A stretch of DNA of 64,000 nucleotides, taken from Candidatus Micrarchaeota archaeon (GTDB taxonomy: Archaea; Micrarchaeota; Micrarchaeia; Micrarchaeales; CABMGC01). Shown here in pieces: positions 34,800 through 44,149 of the stretch; the stretch's first letter is position 1; the number at the start of each line of letters is the position of its first letter. Made by a program: the position numbers and the translations under genes. Where the stretch lies: positions 1,478 through 65,477 of the forward strand of contig JAKASU010000001.1 in assembly GCA_021818925.1 (NCBI GenBank), in the 5' to 3' direction. Under the pieces are notes generated by a model, which saw only the letters and a program-made list of their open reading frames with translations, did no database searches and was not told the DNA's origin.

Positions 34800-36541
34800 G
34801 TGTAGTTGAGTATCTTGTAGAACGCCACCCTTGTGGCATTCGGTTGCGTTAGCGGCGAAATTAGATTCTCAAGCTTGTAGTGGCTTGTGATATATTTGCA
34901 TGTGGTGGTCGAGAATTGCGGCTCCAGGCACCAATAACCGTAATCAAACACGAGGCAGCTGTAACTAAGCGTCGTATTCCTTAATGTCTGGTTTGACCCC
35001 AGCAGGAAACCAACCTGCGCCGAACTCCTATTCACCTCCTGCCATATCTCTGGGGTAAAGCTGAACACGAGGCAGCTGTTCGGCACTGCGCTGTAATTTT
35101 CATAGAAGCTGGTAATTGCAGGAAGGATGACGTTTTGCTGCGGCATCTTGCTTGGAGGCAACGTTAAAACCGGAATAAGGGTGTAGAACGGAAATATCAG
35201 CAGGACTGCAGAGGCGACAGCCAAAACAGCAAACAGCACCGCCCCGTTTCCACGAGTCCTGCCTGCGCCACCGAACAGCCTTGTCTTCAGTACCACTGCT
35301 GCGTCACCGATGCTCGCCAGTGCGAACGCTGCAAGCAGGCAGAGAGCCGGCAGTATCTGCAGCATGAATCTGTCATCAACCCCGAAAAGCACCGATCCTG
35401 CATAGAAGCTCGTGTAGAATATGAAATAAGTTAAGAACCACAGGGAGAGCATGAGCAGGATTCCGAACCTGTTCTTGATTCTTTTTCTGAGGATGAGGGC
35501 CGCAATTCCCACTATTGCAAGCGGGAATATCGCATAATGAAACTCGGTAGGATACGAGCTTATTCCATTCAGCTGGCCGAAGAGGAAAACAACGTTCGCC
35601 GCTATGTTTTTCTCAAAGTTGGCTATGGAAATTACTGACTCCGAAGCCGGCTGCCCGTATGAAGGGTTCTGCGCTGTTATTGCGACGTAGTAGATCTCGG
35701 GCAAGAGCAGCACTATGAACGCAAGAAGCAGCAGCAGCGCCGCCGTATTCTCGCGTAGCGTCTCTGCCGCAAGCCTGAGTCTCTTCCTGGCAGTTTCAAC
35801 TATTCCTGTGTTTCCAAACGTCAACATGAGAAGGGCGAACAGCGGCAGAAGCAGTATCGCCTCTAGCCTTATGTAGTTGACCAGCACAAGGCTGAACGCG
35901 AAAGCCCCGAGGGTGTTGATGCTTTTCTTCCTTGTGAACACCACGAACAGGAAAAAGCACAGTGTAGTCAGCATCATGAACGGGAGGTCGAAGTCAGCCT
36001 GGGTCCTGGACCAGATTATTAGACCGGGCATCACGGCCATGGCAAGGGCCGATACGGCGGCAAAATCCTTTCTCTGCAGCAGTACGCTGGCGAGAAGGAA
36101 TGTGAAGACCACCGCAAGCGCCCCAACAATCAGTTCCAGGCCGTACGCGGTCTGCGGTCCTATTCCCGCAATGGCGAACGCTATGGCTATGAATGCGGAC
36201 CACCCCACAGGGTCGTGGTACACAGAGTTAACGTAGCATGTCTTCACATAGCCTGTTCCGAACTGGCACCAGAGAGCGTTTCCGTGGTTCAGTATGTTGA
36301 GGGCCACCCCCTGATATATATTCTCGTCGAAGTACAGCTGCTCGGCCGGGGCCACATAGAGTAGCGCAAAGACAACAAAAAAGGCAAGTATCGCAGCAAG
36401 CGCGACCAAAGAGTATCTGTCCACGCTTTCCTGCAGCAGCTTCATGACCTCCTTCCGCCCCCTGATAAGGAAGGCAAGCATGAGCACGAATGAGGCGTAG
36501 ACAGCGGCCGTTATCTCAAAGCCTATGTACAACAGAGTCAA
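34796..36541 (-). CDS. GT-C fold glycosyltransferase (PMT/ArnT, GT39/83-like), paralogue 1
   Basis: It is polytopic, with the first-loop motif LYFDENIY. The C-terminal soluble domain ends ..VAFYKILNYT. The TTG start overlaps the upstream stop (TTGA). Confidence 0.7.
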   Translation of the reverse strand: MTLLYIGFEITAAVYASFVLMLAFLIRGRKEVMKLLQESVDRYSLVALAAILAFFVVFALLYVAPAEQLYFDENIYQGVALNILNHGNALWCQFGTGYVKTCYVNSVYHDPVGWSAFIAIAFAIAGIGPQTAYGLELIVGALAVVFTFLLASVLLQRKDFAAVSALAMAVMPGLIIWSRTQADFDLPFMMLTTLCFFLFVVFTRKKSINTLGAFAFSLVLVNYIRLEAILLLPLFALLMLTFGNTGIVETARKRLRLAAETLRENTAALLLLLAFIVLLLPEIYYVAITAQNPSYGQPASESVISIANFEKNIAANVVFLFGQLNGISSYPTEFHYAIFPLAIVGIAALILRKRIKNRFGILLMLSLWFLTYFIFYTSFYAGSVLFGVDDRFMLQILPALCLLAAFALASIGDAAVVLKTRLFGGAGRTRGNGAVLFAVLAVASAVLLIFPFYTLIPVLTLPPSKMPQQNVILPAITSFYENYSAVPNSCLVFSFTPEIWQEVNRSSAQVGFLLGSNQTLRNTTLSYSCLVFDYGYWCLEPQFSTTTCKYITSHYKLENLISPLTQPNATRVAFYKILNYT

Positions 36542-38235
36542 GCACCCTTGTTCTGCACGTAGAAGCCGCCAAGGAACATGTGCTTCGTCTTTGTCTTCTT
36601 CATGGTCTGCAGTGCGTCCTCGGGGCTCATCACTATCGGCATGCCGTGTATGTTGAAGCTGGTGTTGAGCACCACCCCGTAGCCCGTCTTTTTCTTTATC
36701 CTCTCCAGCAGTCTCCTATAGCTCCCGTTCTCCTTTCCGACCATCTGTGGCCTGGCCGTGTTGTCCACGTGCACCACGGACCTCATAGCATCTCTCTTAC
36801 CGTCCTTTACGCGATAAGACATTGTCATAAACCTGTCCGTACCCTTCACCCTTTCGAAGAGCCTGTGCGCATCTTCCTCAAGAAGCGAAGGGCAGAAAGG
36901 CTGGTACCACTCCCTCTGTTTCACGTACAGGTTTAGCTTTTCCTTGACGTTTTCAGAGTCTGCCTTCGCCAATATGCTCCTGTTGCCGAGCGCCCTGGGC
37001 CCAAACTCCATGCGGCCCTGAAACCAGAAGACGTAGTCGTCATCGCTTATCAACTCGGCCGCGTGGGAGCTCTTGTCGCCGTCTTTCTCAAAGCTCACGC
37101 CCTTTTCCTTCCTTAGCGCGTCTTCTATGTAATCGTCCCCGAAATCGTCCCCGAGGTAAGCGTCATTGAACCTGTAATTGTATATGCCGTTTAGCGCATA
37201 GTTGACGTGCATCGCTGCACCGAGCGCAGTGCCGCCGTCGCCCATGTGCGGGAATACGAACCACCTCTTGAGCGAGCGCAGGTTTCTCACCTGCATGTTG
37301 GCCTTGACGTTAGAGAAGAGGCCGCCCGCCATCGCCACATCGCCTATGCCGTACTCTTCTATTGCATTTCCTGTGAATTCCGTGATCGTGCGTTCAAGGA
37401 GCTGCTGCGCCATGTAAGAAAACTGCTCCCTCGGCATCGACCAGGCCATTCGCGACAGCATATCATACTGCTTGGGATGCGAGTATTTGGCGATTATGTC
37501 GACCCCTTCCACCCTGAAAAAGTCCTTCAGTCTGTTCTCCTCCCACGGGAAGGGATAGGAGTAGCAGGCCATTGCCATGACCTTGCCCTCGTCCTCGAGC
37601 TCGCGCATGCCTACTATGTTAGTCACCTGCTCGTAGAATATTCCGAGCGAGTTCCTCGCGCTTATCGCTCGGTCACGTTCGAGCCTCCCTTTTGAAAGCG
37701 TGCTTACCGAGCCGCTGAGCCCGTCGCCCAGTCCGTCGAGCGTAACCACAAGCGCCTTGCTGAATCCGGAGGCGAAAGCTGCTGTAGCCGCGTGGGAGGT
37801 GTGGTGGTCAACGTAGTGCAACCTAAACCTCTCGAAACCCATATGTCTCAGGTGGCCTGTTATTACCGCCTTGCTCAAGGCGACGAAAGGCGGCATCACG
37901 CCGATTCCTGTCTGCCAGCTCTTCATGAGCCTGCGCAGGCCTTCCGTCTTCGGCTTGAGCATCTTCCTCCTTCTGAACCTGTAGTATATTTCCTGCTGAT
38001 AGGGCAGCAGTCTTGAGGCTGTCTTGGCGAACTCAGCGGTGGGGAACGCTATCTCCTCCACTTCCGACGGCTTGATGCCAGCGTATGAGAGCGCAGCCAT
38101 TATAGAATTATAAGGGAATTTTATCTCGAGCTTTCGCTTCGTGTACCGCTCCTCGTTCGACGCGAAGAGTATCGTGCCGTCCTCGATCAGGGCCGCGCCA
38201 GCGTCGTGCCCATCCCATATTCCCAGAACGTACAT
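36538..38235 (-). CDS. Carbamoyltransferase (NodU/CmcH family)
   Basis: The N-terminus is MYVLGIWDGHDAGAALIEDG..NEERYTRK-like, with VDHHTSHAA. The protein is 565 aa. Confidence 0.85.
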   Translation of the reverse strand: MYVLGIWDGHDAGAALIEDGTILFASNEERYTKRKLEIKFPYNSIMAALSYAGIKPSEVEEIAFPTAEFAKTASRLLPYQQEIYYRFRRRKMLKPKTEGLRRLMKSWQTGIGVMPPFVALSKAVITGHLRHMGFERFRLHYVDHHTSHAATAAFASGFSKALVVTLDGLGDGLSGSVSTLSKGRLERDRAISARNSLGIFYEQVTNIVGMRELEDEGKVMAMACYSYPFPWEENRLKDFFRVEGVDIIAKYSHPKQYDMLSRMAWSMPREQFSYMAQQLLERTITEFTGNAIEEYGIGDVAMAGGLFSNVKANMQVRNLRSLKRWFVFPHMGDGGTALGAAMHVNYALNGIYNYRFNDAYLGDDFGDDYIEDALRKEKGVSFEKDGDKSSHAAELISDDDYVFWFQGRMEFGPRALGNRSILAKADSENVKEKLNLYVKQREWYQPFCPSLLEEDAHRLFERVKGTDRFMTMSYRVKDGKRDAMRSVVHVDNTARPQMVGKENGSYRRLLERIKKKTGYGVVLNTSFNIHGMPIVMSPEDALQTMKKTKTKHMFLGGFYVQNKGA

Positions 38236-38305
38236 TGAGCCCCCAAATTAGCGGTAGTCCTTATGCAGAGGAAGTTTTTAAACCTGAACCCGGGCCTGAG
38301 GGCGC

Positions 38306-39355
38306 TTACATCTTCAGCAACGCTCCGAGTATCGACTGGTAGCTCTCGCAGGCTGTGAAGTACTGCTCCCTCTCCTTGCCCAGGCCCGCCTTCGCCACCA
38401 TCGCCGATAATGAGTTGCCATCCTGCCTCAAGTTTCCGAGCTTCCTGCTTGTCATTATCGAAGGGAAGACATTGCCGTAGCTGTCAAGGAAGATGCTAAG
38501 TTCGCCGTCACGATTTGGCACGGAGCTCTTCTTCGTCCTCAAGAACTCAAGTATGCCCTCCATGTACTTTATCTCAAGGTAGGTCTTCGCCATGCGCGAC
38601 ACCCCCTTCTCCCTCACTTTCCTCATGTTCTCGAGCAGGTACTCGACGTCCTTCATGGCCTGGTCTGCGGGTGCTACTATGGGGGTGTTTATGTTTGCGT
38701 AGTAGTTGTCGCTCACCTGGCCTATGTTTACGTGGAAGTCAGAGTAGCTCATTCCAGGTATTTCCTTCATGACCTCTTTGACTGTCTTCTCAAACTGGCC
38801 TGCGTTTGCGTTTATTATGGTGAAGCCGAAGACGCATAGCAGGTTACTGTACTTCTTGCCCAGCTCTCGTATTCCATTGAACATGTGGATTGCCTTGTCG
38901 TAGTTGCCCGGCACGCCCCTTATCTTGTCCTCGAGCTCTCGGTAGCCGTCGAGCGATACGGTGATTACGATGTTTGGTATGCCCAGCTGCGCCATCTCCT
39001 CAATCTTCTTTATCTCCATGTCGTAGTTGCACAGGGAGTTAGTCGGCATGGTGAGAAGGTAAAGTCCAGGGCAGCTGTCCCTAAACGCTCTTGCTATATC
39101 TACTATATCGCTCCTGAGGAAGGGCTCACCGCCGGTGAGCTCTATCCACTTGAAATAGGGATTCTGCCTTGCGAACTCCTTTATCTCGTCAAGAGTGAGC
39201 TCTCCTTTTGGCTTGATGGTCCATATCGAACAGTGCTGACACCTGCTCTGGCACCAATATGTAATCGAGAAATTGAGCTTGTACGGCCTGCTAAGCCTTG
39301 TAAAGTTGCTCTTGAGTATGGTCCCTAATATGCCCGCCAGTTTTGTGCTTTGCAT
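38306..39355 (-). CDS. Radical SAM protein
   Basis: The CxxxCxxC motif is WCQSRCQHCSIW, with ELTGGEPFLR. ATG 39355 is chosen; the track start 39532 would overlap the divergent GT2 gene. Confidence 0.8.
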   Translation of the reverse strand: MQSTKLAGILGTILKSNFTRLSRPYKLNFSITYWCQSRCQHCSIWTIKPKGELTLDEIKEFARQNPYFKWIELTGGEPFLRSDIVDIARAFRDSCPGLYLLTMPTNSLCNYDMEIKKIEEMAQLGIPNIVITVSLDGYRELEDKIRGVPGNYDKAIHMFNGIRELGKKYSNLLCVFGFTIINANAGQFEKTVKEVMKEIPGMSYSDFHVNIGQVSDNYYANINTPIVAPADQAMKDVEYLLENMRKVREKGVSRMAKTYLEIKYMEGILEFLRTKKSSVPNRDGELSIFLDSYGNVFPSIMTSRKLGNLRQDGNSLSAMVAKAGLGKEREQYFTACESYQSILGALLKM

Positions 39356-39392
39356 TAGCTCGTTACCTTCGGCTACTATTGCTCCGTTTGTC

Positions 39393-39400
39393 TTTAAATA
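39393..39400. promoter_or_regulatory. TATA-box-like TTTAAATA in the 73-bp divergent intergenic region
   Basis: The octamer tttaaata ends 28 nt upstream of the GT2 ATG 39429. Confidence 0.45.
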
Positions 39401-39428
39401 TGTAGGCGTGAAATGGTATCTTGAGCCC

Positions 39429-40115
39429 ATGCCTGAAGGGAAGAATGAGTTTATCTCGGTGGTCATACCCACGTTCAGGGAGGAGAGTAACATCGCGAAG
39501 GTGCTCCGCGGAGTTAAGAAACAGCTCAACAACTACAACTACGAGATAATAGTGGTGGATGACGTCAGAGGCAAGGACCGCACAGCCTCGATAGCGAAGG
39601 AGATGGGTGCGAGAGTGTTATACGACAACGTGGGCAAGGGCGCGGCCCTGATAAAGGGACTGAGGAATGCGAAGGGCGACGTAATAATAGCGATGGATGC
39701 GGACCTGTCGCACGAGCCCAAGGAACTCAGGCTGCTCATAGATGCGATAGAGATAGGCTATGACATCTGCACAGGCTCAAGGTTCATAATCGGCGGGGGC
39801 TCGGAGGACATTCCCATGCTGAGAGTCTTAGGCAACAAGCTCTTCGTCTTCTTAGTTAACGTGCTTTTCGGAGCAAACTACACAGACATGTGCTACGGCT
39901 ACCGCAGCTTCAGAAAGGGCGTGCCACAGAAACTGGGCTTGAGCGAGAAGGGCTTCGGTATAGAGACAGAGATAAACATAAAGGCGATAAAGAAGCACAT
40001 GAGAATAGTCGAGGTGCCAAGCACCGAGAAGAGGCGCGCTGCTGGCGAGGGCAAGCTTAAGACGTTCAGCGATGGCTGGGTGATACTCAGCACGATCGTA
40101 AAGAACGCAGTCTGA
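39429..40115 (+). CDS. Family 2 glycosyltransferase (dolichyl-phosphate sugar synthase-like)
   Basis: Motifs are ISVVIPTFREESNI, EIIVVDD and AMDADLSH. An alternative start is GTG 39408. Confidence 0.85.
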   Translation: MPEGKNEFISVVIPTFREESNIAKVLRGVKKQLNNYNYEIIVVDDVRGKDRTASIAKEMGARVLYDNVGKGAALIKGLRNAKGDVIIAMDADLSHEPKELRLLIDAIEIGYDICTGSRFIIGGGSEDIPMLRVLGNKLFVFLVNVLFGANYTDMCYGYRSFRKGVPQKLGLSEKGFGIETEINIKAIKKHMRIVEVPSTEKRRAAGEGKLKTFSDGWVILSTIVKNAV

Positions 40116-40176
40116 TCCGCGCTTTACCTATTAATTTAAGTTTTATCCACTCCTATCTAAAAGGAAAGGTGCTCGT

Positions 40177-40683
40177 TTGGTCAGCGAATACTACGGTGAC
40201 AAGAATTCGGAAGAAGATAAGGCCAAAAAGGGGCAGGCGGTTAGCACGAATGTTGCCGGGCCGATCTCCGCTTGGCTGGTGCTTCTTTTTGTAGCCCTGA
40301 CGATAAAGTTCTTCACTTCTAGCGCAGGCTTAGGCAGCGGGATCATCGGTATGCTTTCCAGCGCAGCTGACTTCATACTTTATGCTCCTGGCGACATCAT
40401 CTTGCCGCTTGTAATAGGCGCAGCGATAGGCGCAGAGGTCGGCATACACTCCAACTCGTTAAGGAAGGCCGAGGTAAGCGGGTTCATGAACGGGATCTAT
40501 GCAGCCATAGTCTATACTATAGGGATACTTGTCATCTACGAGGTGCTCTCTGCGGTATTCGCAAGCGTAGCGCCATCCTTCACCTTCCTGATCACTTCCT
40601 GGCTGGCGTTCCCCATTTTGATCTGCGTTGCGCTTTCGGAGGCGTTCGCGGTGCTCTCCTACTCAAGGAAGGTAAGTTCCTGA
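40177..40683 (+). CDS. Small polytopic membrane protein
   Basis: It has about 4 hydrophobic helices after an acidic/basic N-terminus. The start is TTG. Confidence 0.45.
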   Translation: MVSEYYGDKNSEEDKAKKGQAVSTNVAGPISAWLVLLFVALTIKFFTSSAGLGSGIIGMLSSAADFILYAPGDIILPLVIGAAIGAEVGIHSNSLRKAEVSGFMNGIYAAIVYTIGILVIYEVLSAVFASVAPSFTFLITSWLAFPILICVALSEAFAVLSYSRKVSS

Positions 40684-40713
40684 AGATTTTCCAGCGTCTC
40701 TTTTAAGCTTTAC

Positions 40714-42708
40714 TTGGGTCTTACTATCATGCTGTTGGCGATAGCCTTCCTCCTACTTTCAGTGGCACTTGGCTTCGGATTAGTCGAGCGCCTGAAGTTC
40801 TTCGACTCTCTTCTCGAAACCTTCGCGCTTGGGGCTCCTGTTGGAATAGTGGTTTCGTCGTTCTTGGCGTTCGCCCTGGACGCGCTCTCCGGAGGCTTCA
40901 GCGACCTCGTCTTCTACATCTCGCTCGCCATAATGGCGCTCTCTCTGGCATTTCTCTACAGGAACGAGCTTCGCACCGGAAGGTTTGCGCTCAGGAAGAT
41001 GAGACTGACATCCGCGCCGAAGGAGATTGCATACGCCATTTTTGCCATCTACGGCGTGATTGCGTTAGTGCTCCTTACCTCGCTCTACATGCAAAACGGC
41101 ACTCTGTTCTGCATAAGCCCGTCAATCTGCTCTGACCTTATGTACCACATTGGAATCGGAAACTCTGTGATATACAGCGGGTTTCCTCCGAAGTTCCCGT
41201 ACACGATAGGCGCCACGAACGTGTTCCCCTTCATAAACGACTTCTACTCGGCGCTGCTCATCAGGTACGGCCTGGGCCTGGTCGGATCGGCGATGATCCC
41301 ATACCTGATCCTCTTCCTTGCGGCCGTGGTCTTCACAACCGAGCTTGCCTATGCCATTCTTAAAAATAAATTCGCGGCCACCGCGTCGATGCTGATATTC
41401 TGGTTCGGGAGCGATTTCATCATGGCATTCATCCTCTACCCCCTCAGCTCTGCGCTGTCCTTCGTTCCAAACGAGCTCATTCCCTTGTCCTACCTGCTAC
41501 AAGACTACCACATAAGCGCCACTGGGATAGGCGCAATCCTAGCAACGTCAGGCACGATAATCAGCGGCTGGACCTTCATTCTATACCAAAACCTCTTCCC
41601 ACAGAGGGATTTCGTTCTCGCCCTTCCGCTTGCGGCTGCCCTGATATACTTCTCCTACGAGTTTCTCTTCTCGAAAAAGCGGTTCAATCGTTGGCAGATG
41701 GTCCTCGTCGGCGTCATTGCCGGCCTCATGCCTCTTACGCACCCGATCACCCTTCTGGTCTTAATTTTCGTCGGTGCATTCGTCTTCATAAAACTCTTTA
41801 CCGATAGGAAAAGGCGCAGGGAGCTTAAAGCGCTGGCTCTGTACGTTTTCCTGCCTGCATTGATTCTCGCGCTGCCTCAGGTGGCATACATGGCGAGCCA
41901 ACCACCGGTTCCAGGCAGATACCATTTTGTCTACCAGTACTACTTTAAGGAAGGCAGCAGCGTTGCTTCCACAATACTCACCAATCTCGTATACGTGCCT
42001 TCTTTCTGGATAGATCTTGTTGGGCTGCCTCTCCTGCTTGCTATTGTGGGATACGCGCTTGCAAAAAAGGAAGCAAGGTCTTTCGCGTTACCGTTCATCG
42101 CGATCTGGATCATGATAACGATCTTCTCCTTCGAGCTCGACAACTCAGACGCGGAGAAGTTCTTCATGTACACGTTCCTCATGCTTTGCATACTCGGCGG
42201 CTATGTGTTTGCAAGCATGTATAAGAAAGGGTTCGGCTGGAAGCTGTTGGCTATCGCACTTGTGTTTGCGAACATCGCTAACTTCCCCGTTTTCTACGCC
42301 CGCTGGGCCGCAACCCCACTTCCTTGGCTGAGCGCGTCTGAGCTGAACGCCTCGGCGTTCGCACTGCACAACACCAGCAGCTCGTCCCTGTTCGCGGTAA
42401 GCGACTACGGATCCCTCCAGGACACGGTATCCAGCCTTGGCGGCAGGCAGGCTCTCATATCGATGTATCCGTATACTGAGATAGATGAGTACACGTATCC
42501 TCTCCCGCAGCTCGTTTCGGACAACACGCGCATCTTCGCCACAGGAAACTGCACGCTGATCAGGTCTCTGAACGTGAGCTACATCTACTTGCTATCAAAC
42601 AGCACAAACGACACCGCTCCGTTCTCGAATTCAAACTTCACCCAGGTTTTCTCGCAGCCCGATCCGCTGCGCGGGGCCACTCTTTACATCTACAAGTCGC
42701 TCTGCTGA
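40714..42708 (+). CDS. Large polytopic membrane protein, divergent GT-C-like, with a C-terminal soluble domain
   Basis: It has more than 12 hydrophobic helices and a sequon-rich C-terminal domain ending ..ATLYIYKSLC, like the GT-C paralogues. No clear first-loop D-D/E motif is visible. Confidence 0.5.
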   Translation: MGLTIMLLAIAFLLLSVALGFGLVERLKFFDSLLETFALGAPVGIVVSSFLAFALDALSGGFSDLVFYISLAIMALSLAFLYRNELRTGRFALRKMRLTSAPKEIAYAIFAIYGVIALVLLTSLYMQNGTLFCISPSICSDLMYHIGIGNSVIYSGFPPKFPYTIGATNVFPFINDFYSALLIRYGLGLVGSAMIPYLILFLAAVVFTTELAYAILKNKFAATASMLIFWFGSDFIMAFILYPLSSALSFVPNELIPLSYLLQDYHISATGIGAILATSGTIISGWTFILYQNLFPQRDFVLALPLAAALIYFSYEFLFSKKRFNRWQMVLVGVIAGLMPLTHPITLLVLIFVGAFVFIKLFTDRKRRRELKALALYVFLPALILALPQVAYMASQPPVPGRYHFVYQYYFKEGSSVASTILTNLVYVPSFWIDLVGLPLLLAIVGYALAKKEARSFALPFIAIWIMITIFSFELDNSDAEKFFMYTFLMLCILGGYVFASMYKKGFGWKLLAIALVFANIANFPVFYARWAATPLPWLSASELNASAFALHNTSSSSLFAVSDYGSLQDTVSSLGGRQALISMYPYTEIDEYTYPLPQLVSDNTRIFATGNCTLIRSLNVSYIYLLSNSTNDTAPFSNSNFTQVFSQPDPLRGATLYIYKSLC

Positions 42709-42759
42709 TTGCCGCATCGGTTTTTTAAGTTTTCGAAGCGAATTGCAGGATTGAGAAAA

Positions 42760-44142
42760 ATGCAGCATCCTGGACTAACTACGTTTGTTTCGGCTGTTGC
42801 AATCGTGCTTGCACTCTTTCTGTTCATCTGGCTTGTGTCGCGGCACGCGAGCCCCAGCGTGACAGTCGTGTACGGAGTCGGCAACGGCGTGCAGCAGTAT
42901 GGCGGGGTACCCACTCACGTATACTTCCTAAACGAATCGATAAGCCCCATCAACATGAGCGTCGGCGCCGCCATAATAGGCACGCCAACCCTATACAACG
43001 GCGTGCTTCTTGTCAGCACGATGGGCAACCTGACGCTGCTGCAGCGCAGCAGATACGATCTGATCCGCGGAGGCGTTTTCGCCATCCAGGAGAACACCAG
43101 CACTGTACTCTGGCATGATGTGTTTCCGAATCAGATAATGTCCCAGCCGATAACAGTCGGCAACGTGATTGTGGTGTCTATGGGAAATAACCAGGAGGTG
43201 CCGCCGCAGTACTACAACCTTAATAACGCAGTATTAGGCATCGATTTCAACACAGGCAAGGTGCTATGGCAGGTCAACACCACTGGCAGCTCCATGGCTA
43301 CCCCGCCGTTTTTCGACGGCAACGTAATCCAGGTCACCATGCTCGGCCGATACTACTTGATAAACGTGAACAACGGCACTGTGGAAGCATCGGGGTCATT
43401 TGGAAAGCCTGATCTGCTCTCGTCACCGGTCCTGGCAAACGGGACCGTTTATTTCGGCGGCTCTTCTGCAGTCGTGCTAGCTAACGGCACTTACCTGAAT
43501 TTCGGCGGTTTCTTCTCGATGAACGCGCTCACTGGCGAAATAAACTGGGAGACCGACGAGGCCAATGCGAGCACGGGATTCAACGACGAATGCGCGATAG
43601 TGTTCAACGGAAACGTGATCAGCGACTATCTTGCCAACAGCGCGTACAACAACCCCCACCTCATATCATTCAACAGGACAACCGGCGCCATACTCTGGGA
43701 GCTGAATGAGACAAGCACGCTCCCAAAAATGCAGGTTATAGGAGGGCTGCCGGCAGGCGCAGACCTCAACTATACGCAAAACGCCGTCACCCCATTGCTC
43801 CTTTACAACGGCGTGGTGTATTCCAATTCCAACTTTCTAGGCATGATGTTCGCAGTAAACGCCAGCACAGGCAAACCCATTTGGGTGTTCAACAGCGGGC
43901 AGGAGGAAGGCGCACCGAACATGATAGATGGCAGGTACCTGATAGACATGAACGACGGTGGCGTGCTCTACGTACTCAACGCTTCAGACGGCAAGCTTGT
44001 CAACTATTTCAATACGGGGATACCCCACCTCACCTCCCAAGCCATGATAACCAAGAACTACGCGCTTATAACGGGAATGAACGGAAGAATAGAGACAATA
44101 CCCATCAACGCACTGATAGCCCCATCCAACGTTTCTTCATAG
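42760..44142 (+). CDS. N-terminally anchored PQQ-like beta-propeller repeat protein
   Basis: Repeated motifs include ..NT.TGKVLWQ.., ..ALTGEINWE.., ..RTTGAILWE.., ..ASTGKPIWVF.. and ..ASDGKLVNYF... ATG 42760 precedes the TM anchor. Confidence 0.75.
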   Translation: MQHPGLTTFVSAVAIVLALFLFIWLVSRHASPSVTVVYGVGNGVQQYGGVPTHVYFLNESISPINMSVGAAIIGTPTLYNGVLLVSTMGNLTLLQRSRYDLIRGGVFAIQENTSTVLWHDVFPNQIMSQPITVGNVIVVSMGNNQEVPPQYYNLNNAVLGIDFNTGKVLWQVNTTGSSMATPPFFDGNVIQVTMLGRYYLINVNNGTVEASGSFGKPDLLSSPVLANGTVYFGGSSAVVLANGTYLNFGGFFSMNALTGEINWETDEANASTGFNDECAIVFNGNVISDYLANSAYNNPHLISFNRTTGAILWELNETSTLPKMQVIGGLPAGADLNYTQNAVTPLLLYNGVVYSNSNFLGMMFAVNASTGKPIWVFNSGQEEGAPNMIDGRYLIDMNDGGVLYVLNASDGKLVNYFNTGIPHLTSQAMITKNYALITGMNGRIETIPINALIAPSNVSS

Positions 44143-44149
44143 GCGCTTG

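Noticed and set aside
39273-39532. Mutually overlapping N-terminal extensions of the radical SAM (to 39532) and GT2 (from 39273) track ORFs
   Set aside because: The conserved domains begin well downstream. Choosing ATG 39355 and ATG 39429 leaves a 73-bp divergent promoter region with a TTTAAATA box.
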